A stretch of DNA of 64,000 bases from Tubiluchus corallicola. Taxonomy: Eukaryota > Animalia > Priapulida. Positions 1 through 13,000 of this stretch are shown here, one piece after another (within the stretch, counting starts at the first letter, position 1; each line of letters opens with the position of its first letter). The notes under the pieces are model-generated. The model saw only the letters and a list, made by a program, of their open reading frames with translations. It did no database searches and was not told the DNA's origin. A program made the position numbers and the translations under genes. The stretch is taken from positions 7,413 to 71,412 of the forward strand of contig JAQGDQ010000999.1 of NCBI GenBank assembly GCA_030141605.1, given 5' to 3'.

Positions 1-257
1 TAGAGAGATTTGAATGTGTGTGTGTGTGTGTGTGTATGTGTGCATGTGCATGAGTGTGTGTGTGTGTGCGTGTGTGTGTGTGCATGAGTGTTTGTATGTG
101 TGCGTGTGCATGAGTGTTTGTGTGTGTGCGTGTGCATGAGTATTTGTGTGTGTGCATGTGCATGCGTGTGTGTGTGTGCGTGTGTGCATGCATGCATGAG
201 TGTGTGTGTGTGTGTGTGCATGAGTGTGTGTGTGTGTGCGTGCATGTGTGCGTGTGT
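1..257. repeat. (TG)n / TGCATG-rich microsatellite
   Basis: Visible dinucleotide repeat; explains spurious ORF 88..297. Confidence 0.95.
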
Positions 258-445
258 TACGCAACATAAAGCAACAAATCACAACACACCAACATAATGT
301 AACATATAAAAACCAAAGCAATGTAATGCAATGCAGTAAAGTAATTTGAATAGAATGCAATGCAAAGGTGTTTAACAGATTCATCGAGAAGCAGCTTTCA
401 AACGTCCTAAACAAAAATCCGTAAAAAAGCTGAAACAACCCCTAC

Positions 446-842
446 TAGGGTGAGCCGATTTCGATTCGAAGCCAAAATTGTGGAGTCGCATAATTCTATC
501 GCTTCAACTACACATACGTTCTTTATCAATAAAACATTTAAAACAGCATGCAACCAGCGCGCAATGTGCACAGTTTGAAACAGCATGCAACCAGCACACA
601 ATGTGCACAGTTTTTAACCAAATTATTAATGTATTTACCGCAGAGCAAAGTCAAACAATACGCACGACCTATGTAAGACTGATTTTTATTTATCACTTGA
701 AAAATTATTCAAAAACCTTTAAAACTGAATTCAAATTCGATTTGGATTCGAAATCTGAAATTCGGTCTGATTCCAGTTCAAATCGAGTTCAAAAATTCGA
801 CTCCTCGAATTCACTTTCCCGGACAGAGACAGCTCACCCCTA
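446..842. mobile_element. MITE, TIR (T)AGGGTGAGC, TTCGAA-rich; relative at 55314-55678
   Basis: Inverted termini; the 55.3-kb relative has a 7/8 TSD (accacaag/agcacaag). Confidence 0.55.
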
Positions 843-891
843 CGACTCCTACCGTACCTCATCTTCACAGACGTGGCTGATATTAACTCAC

Positions 892-1017
892 CTTCTCAAC
901 GCATTCCATCAGAGGCACTCGAACGGTCTGATTGCCATTAAGTCCAATCACACAGGCAGGCGTGTCTGGAGTGCTATCCATTAAAGCTAGGACAGCTTCA
1001 GCACCCATACGTGTTCC
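892..1017 (-). CDS. PFK: PFK exon ([42 protein letters not shown])
   Basis: cag| acceptor, |gtgagt donor, 126 nt, phase 0-0. Confidence 0.95.
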
Positions 1018-4000
1018 CTGGAGATACAGCAAGTTTGTTATACTACATACTATATCTCATTTGCTAAGCTTGTATTTTATACATACTCAAAATATTTTAC
1101 TCGAAATACTCAAATGGACAACTAAAACAAATCTGTTGTATACTCTGTTGTCAATTCATACAAAAATTTACATACAATTCATACAAGTTTATAAGTTATT
1201 ACAGCTATTATAACAGATTTTAACAATGGTAACTTGAAATATAACAGTACTAAAGGAAGCTAGATCTATCAACAACTACCTACCTATCTTACATTCGTTT
1301 TGCAATTATTTCTAATTCTTTTTAAAACTAGATAACTTTAACAAAGTTCAACAAACACCTTAACACTAAAATCAGGCATGGAGATGCAATCAAATAATAG
1401 TGCGACACATTAAAATCACTTTAACAATTCTACCTGTTCTAAATGTTCAACAAAAAGTTGTACCAATGGTGCTACCAGTAGATAATCAAACATCAGCAAA
1501 TATTATTAATCATTTGTTACTAACAACTGTTGGTGAAAAGTACACCAAGTGCACAAATTCCTGCATAAACTGGACATAAAACAGTGTCAACAACTGGTGT
1601 TATACCACCCACTCCTTCACATGGAAGATTATTCCAGAGCCATAAGTATTAGTAGGAAAAAAAGGAAAAAAGTTCGAGGTAGTTCTTTCGCACAAATTTA
1701 TACAAACAATAAAACAATGAACTCTGAAACTAATAAACTTCAAGAAAAGACTTGTCGCTTAGGTGGTAGAGTTAATCTACTAACTTTCAAGTAGTATATA
1801 TATATTTTTTATATATATTAAAATATTCATAATAGGATGAGATAAGATAAGAAATGAATTCAATCACATGGCTATGGTGAAATTTCATTAAAATAGTATA
1901 TTCCTGCACTGTAACATATCTGCATGTTGTAGCATGTTCAAACATTGCAACATATCCTCATCTTGTCATAAATCCATGCAAAGTAACATTTGTATATTGT
2001 AAATAACGTATCCGCGCATTGCAACATAATCACACGTTGTAACATACACAAAATTGTAATACATCTATACTGACTATACATTGTAACATTCCTATAAAGT
2101 GTAGCATATCCCCCCATTGTAACATATCCATACATTATAACACATATCTGTGAATCTATATATTGTAGCATGTCTGTGAATCGTAACATATCTACGCCTT
2201 GCTATATATATTGTCACTCATCGCAACTCTCGAGCATCATCTAGCACAAGATAAGATAAGAAATTTTATGTTATAGTTCATTGCCACGCACTCTGCACTT
2301 TCTGAAATAATTTCTGTGAAGCACAACAGTTTTAATGAGTTGGATGTCAAAATAAGTTACCAGAATTCGGTCAAAAGCAGAAGCCTTTCCACCGCGCTGG
2401 ACGTGTCCTAGAACGGTGATGCGGGTATCCGCTTTTAGTTTCTCCTCAGTAACCTAAATGCGATAAATAACGACTAAAGAAAAATGCTAACTAAACCACA
2501 CTTTACATAAAAATTTATTGAAAGTGCCAATTATTAAAATTTCTTAGGAAAGTGCCATGAATTACAGGTACCACATATATATATATATATATATATAGTT
2601 TTATACATATACATATTGTTTTATATATATATATATAGTTTTTATATAGCTTTATATATATATATATATATAGTTGCATATAATTATCGTATTTAGTATT
2701 TACTCGTTTTAAGGACGTGCAAATAAGCGTCTGGGGAAACAGAATGAAATAATAAAATGCGCCCGGCCATCCACGTTTAAATAGCATGCCCCGGGGGTAG
2801 ATCACTGTTTTAAAAACTGCTACGTATCAATCTCACCTTAGTGCAATTAACACAAAGCAACAAATTGCAATTATGTGACCATAGAGGACCTCTAAGTGAA
2901 CTTAAAATATCAATTACCTTGTTTCATGCATAATTTAAAATACCCAACTATCAAGGATACATGATACCTAATTGTCTCAAAACGCCTAAGTACTGGCCGC
3001 TCCTATGCAAAAGTATATAAAAACTGTCTGCAATTGACTCAAATAACTCCGCACAATTTATTCTATATTTTTATACATAGAGATATACACGTGGTTACAC
3101 TGATGTACGTGATGTAAACAAAGTGACGGCCTGCCACCTAGCGGTCAGCTTGTGAAATAATGTACTGGGTCCGTAAAAATTTTCTCAACGAATTCACGCG
3201 ATTTACAAAAATGGCACTACTGGTCTTCCAAAAACTCGGAATTCCGCGTATCTGTGGAAAATTCTCATACCTGATTCAGTCTGCAGTCAGACTAATGTGA
3301 ACGAATGCATGCCTATTCAACACTGTAATAAACCTGCCTGTTAGTGTATAGACTGCAGTGCTTTACTTTCGCCTTTTGGTCACCTAGTGGGTGCCGCTCA
3401 GCTGGGCAGCTATGCACAGATTACCTTCGGGACATGTGCAGTCATGCAGGTAATTTTTGTGCTTTAACTATCTGCCTATTTATTTTACCTCAGATCATCA
3501 AAAATCGCTCTGTAATTTTTTACATTATGATATATTATGACTCCATTATACATTCGCTTGCTTATGTCTAAGAATTATTCTTGTGTTATAAAGTCTATTT
3601 CAGTTTCCATTGTTATTATGTTTCTGTTATCAGATTTTCATTTCAGTTCTTGTTTTAGTTCTTATTTCAGTTCAGTTTTATTGCAGTTATTTGCAGTTTG
3701 ACTTTTTTATTATGCACTTATTATTACTGTGTATGAATTGTACTAACACGTTATAAGCATATCAATTTAATGTCATTCGTAACAATTAAATTTTTATTAC
3801 AAACAGTACTAACACTAATACACTGTAGCATAGCACCTATAAAAATGTTCATCACTAACCAAAGGGCAGCTGACTAGATGACCAATTGGTCTTTCGCTGC
3901 CCTTTCTACACATTTTTGTTTCCAAATTAATTGTATTATAACCGTGCGTGTGTTACAAGATAAATAAAAAGATCATTATTATTATTTTTATTATGTGCCT

Positions 4001-7000
4001 AATGTTGCAGCCAGTTGCATGACAGATATCATTTGCAAAAGTAACAAGTGCCCGTTTGAGTAGTGGCTTGGTAGTTCGACTAAAATAATAAGGGCCCAGC
4101 CATGCACAGGCCCCTTATTGTTCGTATGTATAAATCAACATGTAGGTACAAATGTATTATGGCTTGTTTACTTACTTTCTTTATAATACTTGCAGTTATA
4201 GGATTCCCATCGCTGTCAATTGCACCTTCAGACACAAGAATGATATTTAATCTCTGTCCCATTTCTCTAGTCTATAAAAAATGCAGGATTCAGAATGAAA
4301 AGTAAATTTCATTTAATTTACTAGAAGCGTCCAGAACACAACAGAATACACCAAAATACAGAAGACAACACAACCACTTAATGGCATTTAAAGGAATACC
4401 GGATGATTGTTTAGACTCAATCTCATTTTAATTCACTGTCCAAAATATACATTTTCTTCCCTATAAAAGTTTACAATTGTTCCTTATATTTGAATAATTA
4501 GCTTAGAAAGTTAATTAACGGCAACCGAACGCAGCTATTGCTCACGTCAGAAACAGTTTGTGCAATGGCAGGCGTCTTCCCTTGCGCATCAAGCACTTTT
4601 GCATAAGTGTTACAGTACTGTTTAAACGCATGATGTCACAAAAAATGGGCTTTACATCATATGACGTCAGAAACTAACACTGATCATGCTTATCACGGTA
4701 CCACCTTCTATTTGTCGGCCACACGAATGTGACAAAAAGGCGCCGGTGCCAATCTTAGTAGATTCACTGACCCCGCATAGCTTTGAAAGTTTAATGAAAT
4801 TTGAGTATCCGAGGTAATTATTATTTAATTTGAGCTTTGATTTAAAAAATGCTACTGTAATTTTCAATATTTTAGAGCATTCTTAATTCTGAACTCGTGT
4901 TTACACAATCATCCGGTTTTCCTTTAAGTATGCTAGAACTGATGATAAATAGTTTAAACCACAAGAAAACGCTCGACATAAATAAACATTAAATAATTTG
5001 TCTTGAAATTTTATATCACTTACATTCTGTTTTATGGCATACGTTTTATAAATTTCAACTCCAGCGATAACTGTTAGGTGCTGCCATTTTAACAGCAAGT
5101 TGTATGATACATGTTTAAATAACATTGCGTAAAGTTTGGAAAAATATTTTTTATTTTATTAGTTAATCACAATTACAAACCCACAATGCACACAACAATT
5201 ATAAAGATACGATTACGCACATATACAGCGCTACAAAAAACCTATACCACGTTATCAAGAAGACATTTACACAAGTCAAACTCAACAATTTAAACCAAAG
5301 ACACAACATCAAACCTTGATGTATAAACCCAATGGTACAGCATGAATAAACACAAATTTAAGATAGTTGCATACACATGTACTATTTAGTTTACATAAGT
5401 CATGTTAGTTGTATACATAGTTCGTTTTTTTCAATTTATAATAATTAACATTCGGGAACTGGCACATTTCAGAACAAATTGGAGAATTTCTGAATTGTTT
5501 GAGCCTAACAGTAATTTTAGTTTGTCATCATCTAATAAAATAATCACTGCATTCATAGCGCACTGTTTGTTAACTGAGTTAAAAGTTTAAATTGCTTTAT
5601 ATTGTCAATAAGATTGGTGACACAATTTTTGGCGAATCTGTGGTGCACACAGGGATGAGAATGACAAATTGCAAAAAACTCTGAAACAGGTCAGGGGTTT
5701 GGGGGTCCAAGGGGGGCGAAGCCCCCTTGGAGCCAACAAATTGCAATTTTGTGACCATAGAGAGCCTCTAATATGGACTTAAAATATTAATTACCTTGTT
5801 TCATGCGTAACTAAAAATACCTGATGTATGTGATGTAAACAAAGAGACAGCCTGCCACCTAGCGGTCAACTTGTGAAATAATGTATTGTATGGGTCCGTA
5901 AAAATTTTCTCAACAAATTTATGCAATTTACAAAAATGGCACTACTGGTCTTCGAAAAACTCGGAATTTCTCAGCGGAAAATTCTCATCAAGGGTGCACA
6001 CTGAGAGATGGCGATGCAGTGCCGTTTTACCAAATGGTGGGAATATTTTACATTGAGAATTTTCTTTGCATAATTGCATAAGACTTACAAACAGGTAAGC
6101 ATAATGCTAACTAATATAACTTTGTATGGAAAGTTTTTCGCGATTCACGCGAAAGAGTGTTTTTAAGAGTACTAGTGTGCTACAGTCATTCTCTTTTTAG
6201 GCAACTTTGCTCCTGCTCTGTATTTAAAATAAATCTACCTGTGCTAATCTTGAACACAATTTCTCGGGCCAGGTCTTGTCCGGTGGCCACTCGGGTATGA
6301 ACACATAGTCAGCTTCACTAGCCAGAGCCGTCACCAAAGCCAAGTAACCGCAATGTCGACCCATCACTTCCATAACAAACATCCGCTGGTGGCTAAAACA
6401 ATAATTAACACCTGACATAACACTATCGCAAAAAACAATGTTAAAAATATAATGAAACTTATATTTAAAAAACTGAACTCAATGAAACGAACAAAAGGGA
6501 AATTACGCCCAGCATATGCCAGGTAGATTAAATTAAAATTGTGTTCCTAAGTGAAATTTGTGAAAAGGTCATACACGAAAACTCACATACAGCAACGAGT
6601 AACAGCGTGATGTAGACATCATTTTTTCAAGCTTGTATTTTTTTCAGTTTTGAAACGTAAATGAAAAGGAAATGTTAAATTACGACCCAAAAACACTTTC
6701 CGTGCAAATCTACATTACTTAGAATTTCGCTTACCCGCGGGAAACACTTATGTAACTAGACTAATCACTTAAAATGTTTGTGCCAGTTGGTAAAATGTCA
6801 CTGACTCACCCTCCAGGGTGCGCCACTCACTAGCCAAAAACGTATTTTTAATCTTATTGACAAGATGCAGTAATTTAAAATTTTACTTAATTAGCAACAT
6901 GTATGCTACGGATGCACTGATTATTTTCTCAAACTTTACTCAATGTTATGAAAACTTGTTTCAAACGACCTAAAATTAAAATGGCTGTGTCTAACGGTCA

Positions 7001-10000
7001 TCGCGGGAGTTTAAATTTACACATTTTATACAGCGTTAAGGCCAATGCAAGCCATGCATACGAAAAGGTAGTATGTAAGTGGCACAAAATTTGGAGACGA
7101 ATTTTTTAAGCTTTATGTAAGTGGAGGGTTTTCTTGTGCTTTAAGCTTACACAGTGGTCATAACTTGCTTCACTCAAAAGTCTTAAATTATTAAACGGTT
7201 AACACTCTACATCCCAATGTATTTCAATATAACCAGCTATTTTAATCAATTTTTAATAGGTTTCTAGCGGCTTCATGTTTTAAACAAAACCGGTTTTCTG
7301 AAATAACAAGACGTCACAGAAGTAAAGTAAACTAACTACCATCTATAAGATGTACATAACACTCTGTAAATGCTGCGCATTGCTCTCAGCACAATAGCCG
7401 TTTAGTAAGAAGTAGCTTATATTGGGTGGCGCAGAAAAAAGTGCCGAGGTTTAGACTACAAGAAGCAAGAGTCTGCAAAGTCGAAACATGATATTACACA
7501 ACATTAACTTTCAACTGTGATATAGTTTATAGTTTTAGTGATTTCATAAATTATGGCTAAAAAATAAAATCTCAGAACTGGGTCAGCCTATAATCATCAA
7601 CTGAAAAACAGCCGTATCGACGTATAAAACACATAACAGAAAAACAATAAAGAAATCAAACAGTTTACATCATGCTCTTCTACACATAAAATGAAACACT
7701 GAAGCAAATTTGTTGCCAAGTAAAAATGCGGCTCAATCCTCTCAATTAGTGGTACCCGGAATTCTCTTAAAGAGAAAGTGTATAACGGCCGCACAGAGCC
7801 ATTTGATGCAGAGGAACTAAACGCAAAAATTGTTGATTAGTCGGATCAAATAACCCCTAAAAGAATTGAGGAACTCTGTTAGATGTTGGTGTCTAGTTTG
7901 CAGTGAAAATGGTGGACACACAGAGCACTTGCTGTAAATTTTAACGATAGCGACAACTTTTTTCCTGCACATTATTTTTTGACTTGTTGATTTAGAACTT
8001 CTGTACCTTTGGATACATCTAACAGAATCACCTAAAATTTTTGGTATTCATACTTAAATGTCTGTAGAATCAATGTTGTAAGATTCCAGTAATTCTATTA
8101 TTCTCTTTTTACACTAACGTGATCAAAACTTTGGTACATCCTGATATATACTTATGCTCTTGCATTGACATTGCTTTACTAGTTTTCCACATTTTTTTAG
8201 AATATTAATTTTAATGATGTATTTTCAATCTCTCTCTAGATTCTTCTATAAATAAATATCCGTAATTAAATTTCAAAGAGCAGCTGTTTCTAAAGTCACC
8301 TCAACAAAAATACACCTTTTGCTTGCTTTCATATTAAGCGCCAGTAAGTCCAAAATAACAACATATAAGAGCTAAAAATACTTGTCTCCTTCAAGTTAAG
8401 AAGCACATGGCTTCAGTTACGGCATGTGTCAGATTTGTTTAAATCTCAGTTCCTCAAGAGAGACCACTGTATTCATTTAAAACTGTTTTTACCAATTGAT
8501 AATTTTAATTTAATATCTATTATCCAATTTGTTTTTGTCTCTTCTCTCTTTGCCAATCTGTCTGCAGCTTCTTGTTTCTATTTTTATTCCCCTGGTAACT
8601 GCTCAAGCTTCAAGCTACATGAACAGCTAAACGGAGTGACACATTTACAAACGGAGAACTATTCTGGTCACTACTTATGACACGGTAGTTCAAATTTCGA
8701 ACAGAACAGTTCAATTACAGTCTGTAGATTTACACAAACAATTTTCCAAACGTCTGCTAGTAAGTAAGTAAGTAAGTAAGTATCTTTATTTATCACCATT
8801 TTTACAAAAAAAACACAGAGCATGAAAACACATACCTAGCAGAAAAAAGAAGAAAAAACCAAAGTTGTTAAGACTAACAGGCAATTGGGGTATAGACATA
8901 ACATAAAGTACAATTTCACAAGTAGCAGTGCAATGATATATATAAAGATGGCATTGTTACTATTTCTATTTTTACTATCTCTATAGCAAAATTCATGGTT
9001 AGTATCACTGTAAGTTCAGGTTAAGATCTTCAGCAGATATAATAAGTGAGTTTTTACCATTCATATGTATATACAGTTTGGTGAGTTCAACTTGAGTGTA
9101 ATATAGTGGTTTAAGTTTTAGTTGTGTAAACAATTCCAAGACTAGGTATAAAGAGAAATAAGCATGTTTTTGTAGTTTGACACAAAGTAGTTAAGAGATT
9201 TGTTTTTGAACTTCCGAGGAACGGTCCCTGAACTTCTGAGGAATGGTCCCTGAAACCAGCAAAGAAACTAAATGAGCTTTTGACTGGGGCACTATATTCT
9301 GATTATTTTACCCCTGCATTAGATGTAGTTGACAATGCAAGCTCCACCACAGGTTTAAATTACGCTAAATCCAATCACTTTAGTTACAACGACAATAAAT
9401 TAACGACTTTTCTACTAAGCTGTGCTTAAAACTAACTAAATTTTTTTTTCACTCTTTAAGGCTCACTCAAAGTCGTAATTACATATTATGTTTTCCTTTC
9501 TCAACTTTCAGGTTTATTGCTCTTATACCATTGCTATTATTACATCATTTACTTCATCCTTATTTATATTAAGTTATCTACAGAAGCATGCATAACTATA
9601 ATCATTTTTTCATTTAAGTAAGGTGAGTGTGTTAATGACCGTATGGTCGTACACTCACCTCGCACTACTCAAATTATTACATCATTTACTTCATCCTTAT
9701 CTACATTAAGTTATCTACAGAAGCATGCATAACTATAATCATTTTTTCATTTAAGTAAGGTGAGTGTGTTAATGACCGTATGGTCATACACTGACCTCGC
9801 ACTACTCAAATTATTACATCATTTACTTCATCCTTATTTATATTAAGTTATCTACAGAAGCACGCATAACTATAATCATTTTTCATTTAAGTATGGTGAG
9901 TGTGTTAATGACCGTATGGTCGTACACTCACCTCGCACTACTCAAATTATTACATCATTTACTTCATCCTTATTTATATTAAGTTATCTACAGAAGCACG

Positions 10001-13000
10001 CATAACTATAATCATTTTTTCATTTAAGTAAGGTGAGTGTGTTAATGGTCGTACACTCACCTCACACTACTCAAATTATTTTATTTAAAGTTTATTAATG
10101 TGTATGATATTGTATTTGATGTGTGAAAATAAATTCATAGTTCATAAAAAAAACTAATGCATTTAACTCATGAACAGGAAAGCCAATGAAAACCGAGATA
10201 CAGTAGATACTTTTATTCTTGAAAATGACATATATATATATATTTAAAATATACAGCTGACAGTTTTACTGATCATACTATACACATACTTTTTTTAATC
10301 TTTTTCAACATCTAAGTGAAGAAAACTATTAAAAAATAATATGAAACACTGCGTATACAAACATTTGTACAACAATGTATACATATATTTAATTTCGGCA
10401 TGAAGAGATACTACAGTAACTTATTACGGTAAAACCAGGTGCAAAGTAGTAATGTGCTAATGTCAAAAGTGAAATCACACCTTCACCTTACATCAGTGGT
10501 TCCCAAAGTAGGGGTAAATTACCCCCCAGGGGTAATATGTTTTTTTTTGGGGGGGGGGAGTAACGGGCACCCCTCTGAAAATTTTTAAAACTTCGCTCGG
10601 AAAGCATTGTACATAGTTTTCTTCTTGAAGAGACTGCCAGTAATAGTGAGCAGGTTCAGTAATTAGTAATTGTAATTCTTGTTTTGGCAACAATACAACA
10701 ACAACACCTGGAAATTTATTTATGTCACGAGCAAACACAAATAATTTTGCTTGCTTGTGGCATATACGTGTGTTTACTTTTTGAGTTGGAGAAGTAGTAC
10801 TAAGTGGGGGGTAATGGACAAGACCGGGTTTCCCGATTTGGGTAACGGTCCGAGAAAGTTTGGGAACCACTGCCTTACATGCTTACAGCTGATACTATAC
10901 AGGTGTTAGGTATCTGACGTAGATCAGGGTAGAGCAATGTGGAATGATGTTAAACTTTCACAGAATGTAATGCTTTTTCATGGATAAACTAAACAGTCTT
11001 AAATAAATTGCAAATTGCTATTCAAAAGAACTGTACATCTTCTTCACTGTATTATACTTTTGGTGTTATAAAAATATAAGTATGTATGTGTTAAAATGAT
11101 TAGAATAGCTCAGTGGTAGTGTGCTGGCTTTCCATGTGGGAGGTCATGTGTTCAAATACCAGGCGAGCCACACTGATGACTCAAGAAATTCTTATCAAAC
11201 TAGTGAGTTGATCAATATAATGTGGGCAACAATAGTAATAATAATTTTTGTTATAAGTACAGTCGGCCCTCGTTAAACCGGACCCCGTTAGCCCGGATAT
11301 CGGATAAGACGGACGTCATCCGTGGTAAAGGAAACTGACCGATTTCCGTCCGAGTCGGAGCGCTAAACACAACACGGCCTACCAACTGTACAATAATTTC
11401 TTTATCCTCACAGGTTAACTATTTTAAAGTAATATACAGTATAGTACATAGTGCACAGTATATAGTGCAATGTATATAGGCCTTATTAAAGTGATTATTC
11501 GTGTATAATATAGACCGTATATAGGCATATCGGACAATCGGCTAAACCGGACCACCCCCCCCCCAATTAGTCCAGTTTAACGAGGGTTGACTGTATGTAT
11601 TTTATGATTCTATGTTAACCATTAACCTGAACCACATTCAGTGAACTACTAAAGAACTATCGAAAAAGTTTATTTTAGTGTGCTAGAAACTCAAGAACTA
11701 AAATTCAGAATAAATGCTATTTGCAAAAAAATGTTTAGTAATATTTACAGTAAGAAACTCTGCGGGGCGGTTGCTGTATTTAGCTAACAAGGATTAGCCT
11801 TCAAAACCATTCAATGGAACCAACAACTGTTAAGCCTATTTAACAAAAGGAATGAACTCACTCAGTCATTTCTATTTCCCAGAAAACACCATTCAAGCTA
11901 CTATTCAACTTTGCAGCTCATAAACACATATTCTAGCGAGACTAATAAGTAGGTACAGTTAACTGTACCAAAACCTGTCAATTGATAATACAGGTAACAA
12001 CACAGTGGGCTTGCAAAATCCAACCAAGCACCTACAAGACAGCTCTAGGAACTTAGTTTCCTAGAGACAACATTTGTAGCAAAAAAAATGTTTACACAGT
12101 TCATGCTGTTAATGTGACATAAATTTGAAACTGAAATGAAACTTGGAGCAGTTTTTGTGTACAAAGTGGCAAGAGATTGTATGTACTCGAAATTTTTTTA
12201 CATTAAAAACACTTTCTTTAAAAAAATACAAAAAAGACATTTAAAAGTAATCAAAAATTTTAAACTATTCCTGAATAAAATGCAAAGTTGTTGATGACAG
12301 TGAGAATAAGGAGACACTTATTTGCAAGTGTAAATAGGATATCCTGTTTTCAGGGATGTTAAAACGCAGAGTTTTATTAACGCAAAGCTGTGAAAACTAG
12401 TAAACTGCAATAAGTGAAGTGAAAATAAAATAATCATTTCGAAAAGAAACGAGTGTCTACAGAGTGAATTGGAAATTGTTAACCGGATACCTGGGCAGGA
12501 ACATATCATGTTCACGTGATGCTAAGCACAGAATATCATATTCGCATCTGCAAGATATTACAAGCACAAAGCAAGCTGTAGTAAGCACAGAACACAAGTG
12601 TTTAAAAGAACTTGTAAAACAAAAAACTCATAGTTAAGATTTTTTCGCATCCATACACAAATTAGACAGAAAGCTATACAATATCATGCAAACAGACACT
12701 GGTTGTTGACACAAAGTGCTGAATCGGTGCCTATAGTCATGTCTATAGCAAACAGTAGGAAACAATTAGCTCGACAGTGACACAACCTAAAATACACTGA
12801 TTGTAACTGAAAAGATACTATTTTTTGACTTAATTGCATCTATTCTTATTTTAAGCCTAATCACAGAAGAAAACAATGTAAAACTATAGGAAAATGTTGA
12901 TTCCCAATGTTTATTTGCCGTCCTTAATACTTAAAAAGATGCAAAAACCATCTGTCCCAGAAGTCAAACAATTACTGGAAACTTGTGAAGGCTCAATGGA

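Noticed and set aside
88-297. Cys/Val-rich ORF
   Set aside because: Translation of a (TG)n microsatellite.
11104-11175. tRNA genes (also ~43702, 46715-46780, ~57470, ~62445)
   Set aside because: A/B boxes present but acceptor and anticodon stems do not pair; these are SINE heads.
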